A stretch of DNA of 56,548 bases from Guillardia theta CCMP2712 (taxonomy: Eukaryota; Protista; Cryptophyta). The first letter of the stretch is position 1. Every line of letters begins with the position of its first letter. The notes under the pieces are model-generated. The model made no database searches. It was not told where the DNA came from and saw only the letters and a list, made by a program, of their open reading frames with translations. The translations under genes were made by a program, and so were the position numbers. Shown here one piece after another: positions 6,540-15,880 of this stretch. The stretch covers positions 1 through 56,548 of the forward strand of contig NW_005434651.1 in NCBI RefSeq assembly GCF_000315625.1. The letters are read 5' to 3'.

Positions 6540-9500
6540 ATGCCGTACAACTGCGACAAATGCCAGGCAAGGAGCAGCAGCGATGAGATGCTGTTACCTT
6601 GAGTTACATGTTTGATGATGGAGATGTTTCCTTTGCTCCCCCGCATCTGATCCTTCCATCATTCAACTCCTTTCTTGGCGGCTCCTTCACTTCCTCATAA
6701 CACTTTTTTGACCTTCTGACTTGTGTTTCTCCAGATCGTGATCGAAGATGATACCAACGACAGCTTAAAATGCGTAATTTGAATAGCTTCCAGTAGGCGT
6801 CACCTGACTTTGAGTGTTTTACGTTCTGCCGTGAATTGCAATGTTGTTATTCGGAAGGCGGTAAGCATCAGTCTGTGCAGCATATGCTCAGGGGACGATA
6901 GACTGACATGTATTTTGCAAATTCCTGGTTTTCCCTTGGTTGCATGGATTAAATTCGTCTTCATAGACTGTAAGTGTCATATCATATGATGCGCTCAGGG
7001 GATGATTGGCTGACATGTATTTTGCAAATCCCTGGTTTTTCCTTGCTTGCATGGATTAAATTCGTCTTCATAGGGAGTAAGTGTCATATCATAATGATGT
7101 GCTCAGGGAACGATTCGCTGACATGATTTTGCAAATCTGAATCGCTTTTTTATTCGGATGGATGTAATGGGGCTGGATAGACGGTAAGTGACGCTTATGA
7201 AATATGCTCTCAAGGGATGATTGGCTGACATTTCATTTTGCAAATTCTTTTGCTCTTGCTCGGATGGGTGCAACTTGGGCCCAATAGCATGTAAGTCGCA
7301 TATGCTACAATGCGGTCAGGGGACGATTGGACTGACAATTTTTGCTTTTTATTCCGGGTTTTTCATCGGATGGGTTGTTGATTTTTCCGGTCAGCCGGTA
7401 AGCGATGATTATGAAATATGCGGTCAGAGGATGATTGGACTGACATTTTCGTTTGTGTATATGTCGGTATTTGCTCGAATGTACTGTGGATGGCGCGGTA
7501 TAGTCGGTAAGTGACGATGATGAAAGATGTGGTCAGGGAACGATTGGCTGACATGTGTTTTTCAATCTCATCGCTTTTTTTGCTGGGATGGATGGAATGG
7601 GGCTGGATAGGTTGTAAGTGACGAATATGAAATGATGCACTCAGGGATCGATTGGATTGATACTCTACAATAGGCTACTTTTCAAGCTGGAGCCGAAGGA
7701 AAGTGCAAGATCTGTTCGAAGCTTGAAAAAGATCATCATGGATCTTCCAAGTACTGCTACGTAAGGAACTGTTCGTTCAGGGGTTGATTGGACTGACATG
7801 TATTTTGCAAATTCCTGGTTTTTCCTTGCTTGCATGGATTAAATTCGTCTTCATAGGGAGTAAGTGTCATATCATATGATGCGGTCAGGAAACGATTGGG
7901 CTGACATAGTCTTGTGTTTTTTCAATTTCTACTGTTTCATGGCTTGTTTGGATTGAATCTTTCTTCAAAGGGAGTAAGTAGCATATGCAATGATGCGGTC
8001 AGGGAACGATAGGCTGACATGTATTTTGCAAATCCCTGGTTTTTCCTTGCTTACATGGATTAAATTCGTCTTTATAGCGCGTAAGTGTCATATCATATGA
8101 TGCGCTCAGAGAATGATTGGCTGACATGTATTTTGCCGTTCGGGTCTTTGCTGGCATGCTCTGGATTGCGGCTGTTTTTTTTCTAGTGCTGCGTTTGCTA
8201 CTACGACGATGAATCTGAAGATCGAAGGCAAGAACGCATGTGCCAGCACTGCAAGGATCGACGTTCCTGCGTGCACAACCTTGAGCAAGATCTTGTATCG
8301 TCAAGACCCAGTAGGCAGGACGCCATCGCCAAGATCGAGAAGGTCCGCGAGCACGTCAACAACGTGGGGAAGCCATTTGCCCAGAGACTGGACCTAGTCA
8401 AGTGCCACTATATCTTCGGGATGCAAGAGATAGATACCTCTGCTGTCGAAGACGTGAAGCAGCTCCTGTCGGGCGGGGAGCTTGGGAGCTGCTACAACAG
8501 CGAGGAAGGCACGCTCAACATGTCTTTGCGGACAGATAGGATGAAACGATATGTGATACGAGACCTGAGGATGAAGAGCCTGCCTCGCTGGATCTCCGAG
8601 CTCGGCGTCGCTTTTAAAGTCATCGACGTGTCCGGTAACCCCAGCCTCTCCCGCCTTCCCTTGGACGAGCTCTGCAGCATGGAGTCTAGCCTGCAGGAGG
8701 TCAAGTGTAAGAGCTGCGTCAGCCTGCAGCTGCCTCCCCCTGAGATCGCCAGTCAGGGAGGGGCAGCTGCTTTCACGTACCTGCAGAGTGTCAAGAGAGA
8801 CAGCGAGGCGAACAAGCGGATCAACCTCATCCTCATAGGCAACGGAGAGGCAGGCAAGACGAGCGTGCTGAGAGCTCTGAGGTCAGACAAGGACAAGGCG
8901 GACAAGATCGAGGTAGACAGGAGGACGATCGGGATAGACCTGCACGAGTGGAAGCCTGATTACGCTGACGGGCTGACGTTTGACGTGATAGACTTCGGGG
9001 GGCAGCAGATCTACGCCAAGACCAACCAGTACTTCATCGTGAGGCGGGCCTTGTACCTGCTGGTTTGGAGCGTGAGGGTGAAGCGAGACAAAGAGAGCAA
9101 AGAGGATGGAGGGGGAGGCATGGAGGAGCTGAAGAAGATGATCTCGACATGGCTGCGAGCTACGCAAGCGCGAGTGCCGGGAGCGAGTGTGTTGCTCGTA
9201 GTAACGCACATCGATCTTGCCGGGGAGAGCGAGGTGACGGATCAGTGTGAGAAGGTGAAGGCATGTGTGGAAGAGGAGCTGAAGAAGATGGCAGAGGAGG
9301 AAGACGAGAACATCCTGCCGTTGCACGTTATCAATGGAGGCGAGAGCTTCCGGGTGAACTGTCTTGAGGGACAGGGAGTGAAGGAGCTGCGGCAATCTGT
9401 GTGCAAGACTGCAAAAGAGCTGCTGTGGTGGCAGGAAAAAATCCCTGGACCTTATCTGAGACTGAGAGAGGCTGTGGAGAAGCGTAAGTCAGAACCTGTC

Positions 9501-12113
9501 TCGTACGTCAAGGTAGAGGAGTACAAGGAGATGTTGAGAGAGTCAGGGGTCAACGAAAAGGAGCAAAAGGTGGCAACGAGCTTCTTGCACGACATGGGCG
9601 TGCTCAAGTACTTCGGTCATGAGCTGAGTGCGGATGAAAGCAAGAGAGACCAAGGCAAGTACTCCGTCGAGGACACGGTCTTTATCGATCCCGTGTGGAT
9701 GATCGACGTGTTCAAGGGCGTGATGCGACATGACTGGGAGCACCTACTCGACTGCTTCCAGCAGGACCCAACCAAGTCCAAGAAGACGAAGAAGCTGCTA
9801 CACCTGGGTATCATAGACGAGGACATGTTGGAGTACCTGTGGCCCCAGCAAGACAGCGACTTCTGGCGCAATGCGAAGACAGACAAGACATCAAGATCGG
9901 AAGAGGTAGGCTTCATCAAGCGCCATGTGGAGGTGCAGGAGGCGGTGGCTCTGCTTCGGGGCTGCGATCTGGCGCACTTCCTGGGCGTGGGGATGAAGGA
10001 CTTGAAGGATACAGACAACAAGAGCAGAGAGCTGCTGTGTCCCGGCATCATCCCGTCGTTCACGCATGAGCACAAGCGGGCAGTGACGGACAAGGACAAG
10101 CAGTCTCTATGCGCATCTGTGGAGTGCGAGTACAACATCTTCCCCGCAGGCTTCATCGACAGGCTGGTCGTGCTGTGCGCTGCTCGACACTTTGAGGTAG
10201 ACTGCAGCGGCTCTATGGCGGTGATGAAGGGCTGGGGCCGGACGCTGCTGGTGAGCTGGCGGGAAGACAATGACAAGCACGTGCTGAGAGCTGACGCGTC
10301 GACGAGGCAGCAGATCGAGAACTTGCAAGAGGACTTGAGGCGACTCGAGGCGTTCTTCCCGGGGATGAAGCGAAGGAGAAGCAACGAGGAGAGCTCAGGC
10401 AAGGAGGCCGTGCAGGTTGGGATCTTCACGCAAGGAGAGAGGTCAAGAGCATGTGGGCTGGATATTGAAAGAAAGGTGAAGGAGCTTTACGAGGCGGAGA
10501 ACCTCCCTCTAGGTCTTACTTGTCAGATTCATCCATGTGACGAACGTGGAGATGCTGGTGATGAATGTCTCGTGAACATCTTGTGTATATCGACAGAGTG
10601 TGTTGATGAGCAGGGAGCCATGCAAGGAGAAAGTAGCTTCAGCAAGCCATGGAACAGATTGACAGCTAGCAAAGCAATTATCATCCCCGTCGTATTGACA
10701 GACTACTACGACAAGCACATCAAGCCGAGGAACAGGTTCAACGAGTGGTGGCCGCAGGAGATACAAGGGATGGAGCGATACAGGATCTTCCATCAGTACA
10801 AGAAGAAAGATGAAGTATCGAAAGACAAAGTATCCGAATATGAAAAATCTATGCGAACGTTGTACGACGGCATCATCAAGAAGCTTCATCAGGGACGGGG
10901 AAGCTTCGAAGACTTGTACGATGTCACCAGTCAGAACGAGCTTCTGTGCCAAGCTTGCTTGCATGATAGGTCTGAGTCTCAACCTGCCTCACAAGGCGTT
11001 AGAGCCGTGGGCAGGTTCGATCCGTCGGAGATCAAGGAAGCACTGGACAAAGAAACCAATGGTATGACAGACATGCAGCAAGAGCTGGAGCAAGAAGATG
11101 TCATCAAACAAACGATCATGATCAAAGCAATCACTTGCACAAGGGGTCATACGACAACCGTGAAGGAGGTGCTGGCTTTCAATGACTCGAGCTCCCCGTG
11201 TCCGTCGTGCTTGAAGGACAAGAGAGTCCCGCACTTCTTCAGCCGACCCACGTGCTTGAGCATGCTCGCTCGCGATCTAACGGCTAAGATTTACTGCAAT
11301 CAATGTCAGAGGGAGATGGACGTGCTGGACGTCACGCCGCCTCAGGTGTTCTTGAGCTACAATTGGGGGCACGACAACTCGACGCAGAAGATGGTGAGGG
11401 AGGTGAAGCGGCGGATCGAAGAGCAGACGAGCCTGCAGTGCTGGTTCGACGTGGAGGGAGGGATCGACCACGGGGAAGATCACATGCAGAAGATGGAGCA
11501 GGGAGTGTCTCGCTGCGAGGTGTTTGTGGTCTTCATGAGCGACAAGTACGTTAAGAGCGGCAACTGCAGGAGGGAGTTTGCTCGGGCGTGTAAGGCAGGG
11601 AAGTACATCATCCCTGTCTTGGTGCCGGTGCTGTATGAAGCAAGTCCAGACTCAAAGGACTTGGAGTCAGAGTCAGGCTGGAAGGGCGACAAGGAGGGTG
11701 AAGACTGGTGGAAGAGAATTGCGGAGCTAGAGGAGACAAGTGAAGCTGCCAAAGAGGTCAAGGTCGACTGGGAGTTTCTCGCGTCATTCTCGAAGCCCTT
11801 GAAGATTGAAGCGAAGAGGGAGCAGCAAGAACAACAGCAGAAAGAGAAGGACCATGGTGGTTTGCATGTGTCAGGGCTGGAGGCGCTGGTGGCAGCAGTG
11901 CAAGCGAGGGTTTACCGGGGAGGCGTCGTATTTCACGAGGTTGCTTGTTTCCTTGTGGTTGACATGGCCTTGACATGCGTGGGCCAGGTGGAGCACCCGT
12001 TTCTCAGGTCGTTACATCGTCAAAAGCGCCTGCTCGACAGCATTCTTGATCGTATCAGCCGGCTGCAGTCAAAGATACTGTTAGGGATTGACAACCCTGA
12101 TGATCTACCTTGA
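6540..12113 (+). CDS. ROCO-family GTPase with TIR domain: microexon-encoded Cys/His-rich N-terminus, LRR remnant, ROC, COR, Zn-finger-like region, TIR_2
   Basis: Main exon starts at 8187, in frame with ORF 8238-12113. It encodes an LRR-like stretch ending in the ROCO-typical LPPPEIASQGG, P-loop GNGEAGKTS, RTIGID, DFGGQ, THID, a COR region (FLHDMGVLKYF, VFIDPVWMIDVF), CxxC pairs, and TIR VFLSYNW..CWFD..FMSDKYVKSGNCRREF. Probable in-frame 48-nt intron at 11940-11987. Predicted upstream exons: 6540-6566 (tentative, GC donor), 6735-6773, eight 3-nt exons, 7674-7760, and three more 3-nt exons. Confidence 0.88.
6858..8186 (+). other. Array of eleven 3-nt microexons and one 87-nt exon separated by homologous introns
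   Basis: AG|NNN|GTAAG at GCG 6858-60, ACT 6967-69, GGA 7074-76, ACG 7181-83, CAT 7288-90, CCG 7395-97, TCG 7504-06, GTT 7611-13, GGA 7857-59, GGA 7971-73 and CGC 8078-80. The exon at 7674-7760 reads ATFQAGAEGKCKICSKLEKDHHGSSKYCY. All junctions are phase 0. Confidence 0.88.
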
Positions 12114-12399
12114 CTCTGTGAACTTGAACCAACTTGCCATCTTCCGTTAAGCAAGCAAACAGAAACCTCAACACTACCGCGGTCGCTGAACGTTTAGAAA
12201 ATTAGAAAAGATTTATGATCAAACCGACAGGATCAATGAGACTGAAGTATACGTGACCGCGTAAGGAATTAGAATTAGTCGAATTAAACTCACGCATCAA
12301 TTGACGAAGAAATGGCGTCTTCAATTCACGGAAAGACAACCAAGAATTAGAAGCAGTACTATCATATCATAACCTTTCCATCTGATCAAGTATTGCACA

Positions 12400-13560
12400 C
12401 GACGACCTTTCCCGTGACGTGCTTAGATACGATCCACTTCGTAAAGGTCCCAGGAATGTCCTGCATGGTTCCACAAAGTGAAGTGCTTGAAGAATAGTAG
12501 CAGTCGTAGCGATTATTCTGGCAATATGACAGTTGCAAGTAGTCGAAGCCTTAGGTTGACAATGTCGGCTCTATCCGGCTGGATGTAGTAGTAAACATCC
12601 CCAGGAATCACGATTGCTCCAGACAGTGACGTGTAAGTTTGACAACAATGGACATCTCTCAACTCGTTGTGCTTCGCAAGGTCTTGACCCTTAGAATCAA
12701 ATCCTTGAGCCTTCTCCTGACCCACATCTTCCTTGCTCTTGTCAACTTTCTCCATGCCCTCAGGATCACTTCTGCTCTCCATCATCATCATCAACAACAA
12801 CATCATCATCATGCTTCCTCTTTCCTCGCAGCCTTTACCGCACAGATTGCTGATGCTCTGCCGCCTTCTGCTTGACAGCTCTCCGAGCGCTCGTCTGCTC
12901 GCATGGCTCCCCGGCCAGCTGGATCTGCTTCAAGTTGTTGGGGGAGTACAGGGGCTCGAAGGAGTAGGTGAAGGGATCGGGGAAGGTGCTGCAGAATTTG
13001 ACCTGCCAGCCGGTCATCGCACCGAGAGCGTTGCGACATTAGCCTGATCTTGTTCAGCAGCTCTTCTGCTCCAGTGATGGAGTCTTGCACCTTGATGGTT
13101 CCGTTGAGCCCGTACTTGGAGACGAAGGAACACCCGTCACTATCATCTCATCATGACCGCGGCACTCGCAGCCATGAGGCACATCGTATCACAGTTGCCA
13201 TTGCAACAGACAGGATCGCTGAAAATGATGTGAGAGTAGAGCGGTAGGGTCACCAAGAGTAGAGAGGATCCCTCAGCTTGATTCCCTGAGTTTGTGTAGC
13301 CTCCTGACCCCAGTGGGGAGAGCCTTGCCGAGCAGGAGGTTGATAACGGAGATCTCGATCTTGAAGGAGACAAAGATCTATCTTGAAGCAGATGGTGACT
13401 AAGAGTCGCATGTACGCGTCTGACCTGCCCATCTTCTCTCGCACCTTCTCAAGCATCCCCTCGATCTGGATCTCTCCGAAGGTCTTCTGCCCTTGATCAC
13501 GCTGTCCACCTGGTCCATGTCCTCGAAGAGGCTCGTGACGGCCTCGTTCAGCAGGCTGTT
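12400..13560 (-). pseudogene. Degenerate minus-strand coding remnant of unknown identity
   Basis: Several short protein-like ORFs in shifting frames (13250-13456, 12835-13017, 12809-13090, 12513-12812) without clear intron signals. Confidence 0.3.
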
Positions 13561-13998
13561 CACTTCCTATGCCTCTTGAAAGGATTCAAGCTAAGCGTAG
13601 AGTCACGAGTACCGTACCGGTAGTGGTACTGAGATGGGATTGAAAGAATTCCAACTAGATTATTTGAGTAATAATTTCTAAAATAGAAAACTTGAGTAAA
13701 ACTTTACTAAAAAAGGGTAAAAAAACTGCTACTCGAAGGAGGACAAGAATAACGTTCTCGAACAGGAGGAGAGATGAGGTTAGGGTAGTTTTGAGAACAT
13801 TCAGAGTTTCAAGTTTTGTGATCTTTCATAGTTCAGAGAGTATAATGAAAGATGGAACCTTTAATAGTTCAGAGAGTATACTGAAAGATGGAACATACAA
13901 GATCGTCAACAGCCACGCGTTTGGACAGGCTTTGGGAAAGAAAACAGGATTTTGCGAACATATACACCACTCACTGTAACTTTACCAGGAGGTTGCTC

Positions 13999-15622
13999 AT
14001 GAACAGTCATTTCTCGAACGAACAAGATAATGGTATCCAATGTTTCTAATCAAAATTATAGTGAATTTTCTTGAAGATGAGACTTTTGAGCAAATATTGT
14101 ATGCGCCAACCAACAATCCTGCACTCCCAATATCTCATGCGCTGGTGAGTTAAACGTCCTTTCTCACTGAAAAACAAGTTTTGATTTCAAACCCAGGAAA
14201 AACTGAGAGAAGAAATTGTTTTGAAGGGGATTCCGGCTACGTCACAAGGCACTGTGAAGTGGTTTACCATCATGTTGTGATGTGTCTTGCAGAAGAGGAA
14301 TATCTTCTGCGAGTAGAGAGCAAATCCACCACAAGAGGGAAAACTTGGAAGATCCTTCTTGGAGCTCATGAAATTACATTTCAAGTAAATTCTCTACCGA
14401 TCTCATATCTTTTTGCGCGCATCGATTGGATCGTTTTATTTTTTCTTAAAATGATTTTGTTTGCACAGGAGTATATGGATTTGGTTGCTCTGGGTCAATC
14501 TTCATCACATAGTAAGATTGAAGATGATGCTTTTCGAACGTTCGCATCAGACAGTGAATTCTGTGCAAGAGTACAACGTGAGAATGCCAGTGCACCCGCA
14601 AAATGTTTTTGTCACCAATTCTCAGAATGCAAACTGGTTCGAGTTTTAAATGCTGTCATCCATCAAGCAGAGAGGAAGAGGTCGAGGGATCAAGGTCAGC
14701 CAACTCAGCCCTCTGTTGCTCCCTGCCTTTCACTCTCCGCATCCAACCCTAAACCCTAGTTGTTGCTCTGACTCCAGGGATGAACAGTGGTCGTTTACGT
14801 TCAAGGCATGAATGCTATCTGTGGCATTGTGCTGCTGGAATTGAATGAGATAGATGCAACGGCGCTTCTTCTCGGTTATGACTCTCAGCAAATTATTTTG
14901 ACTACTCACTTGTTTCTAGCTTTATTGGAGAAACATTGCCCTCTGTACCTTAACAGCACGTTGGACTCGGTATACATCGGCTGCATGGTGCTTGTTCTTT
15001 CCTTGTCGACAAGAAGTGATCAGATGGGACAGCTCGTCGATCAAGTTCTTCATATCGTTGACGTAGACTTGTTCAAATTTTTAAGCAAGTTCAAGCTATC
15101 AGGACAGATCTACTGCTTCCCATGTACCTGTCATCCCGCTCCTTGTCAAACGTGCTGACATGGATCGGCAGGGCTGCTCTCACTTGGCTCCTGCTGGTCT
15201 CCGCATAGCGAGGCTGTAAAACTCTTCGACTTTCTCTTCGCCAAGGTCTTCCAACTTATTGAGCTGCGAGGCAGCACGGTCGGAAAGCTGCAGCTGACTG
15301 CTTGTCAGGGTGTCCACTGGATCGTTATGTGCTCAGTCGCCAGAGTAGTGAGTCTTCGCGCCGACCTCTTCGCGTCTGATAGGTAGACCGCCTGAGGAAG
15401 GACAATGTGGAGGAGGAAGAAAGTCAACTTGACTGAGCGCACTGTAGAGGACAAGATTGACACGATGAACAGGCCGATGAAAGTATTTCAGAAATTACCA
15501 CCATACGACGCAACCGTGAGATCGGAAATCTATTGAAGCGAAATGAATTGATTGCAGGAAAATATTTGCGAGGCGAAGCTGTTTTGGTCGAAGCTGAGCT
15601 CGCAACAGCAGAAAGTGATTGA
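13999..15622 (+). CDS. BUB2: TBC-domain GTPase-activating protein, Bub2/Cdc16-like (multi-exon; ends approximate)
   Basis: Exon peptides RGKTWKILLG, KIEDDAFRTFASD (arginine finger), YVQGMNAICG (glutamine finger), HCPLYL..LDSVYIGC, and IYCFP. Confidence 0.75.
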
Positions 15623-15880
15623 GAAACATCCGTACGATGCTTGTTCAGCAATGGAAGATTGGGAATGATTTCCCCTAAGCACCATTTTGTTATCTAGTCA
15701 ACTTCTATTGTTTGTTGTTGGGAAACTCAAGAATTTTGTTGTACAATAGAAGAGCATTCCATTAAAGAATTGATCATTCGGCGAGAGCTAAAGTATTTCT
15801 TCTCCAATCGACTAAGAACGAACCAAATCTCGTAAAAACGTCACTTTGTGTCTTCGTCTACGATCGCTACTGTGAAATTT

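Noticed and set aside
6372-6540. Functional link between the LINE RT and the microexon array (DGR- or retron-like diversification)
   Set aside because: An assembly gap separates them so adjacency is unproven, the RT is an ordinary non-LTR type, and there is no template/variable repeat pair.
6970-7076. Alternative model with ~29-nt introns (GTAAG..CTCAG) and ~78-nt exons
   Set aside because: No branch motif inside such introns, CTGAC would fall in exons, the exons would contain indels and stops, and the model does not explain the fixed AG three nt before every donor.
7221-7514. Repeat units read as a multi-transmembrane coding repeat (ORF 7221-7514)
   Set aside because: Unit lengths (107, 109, 114 nt) mostly break frame and other units contain stops; the hydrophobicity reflects T/G-rich intron sequence.
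6861-8130. CRISPR-like array (conserved ~30-nt core with variable spacers, ~107-bp period)
   Set aside because: Eukaryotic context, no cas genes, degenerate repeats, and spacers that are homologous to each other; splice signals explain the periodicity.
8492-11976. Many antisense or overlapping ORFs within the ROCO, LINE and PPR genes
   Set aside because: Shadow ORFs of GC-rich coding sequence with no recognisable motifs.
13828-13894. Two-copy ~31-bp direct repeat upstream of the BUB2-like gene
   Set aside because: Simple local duplication with no further structure.
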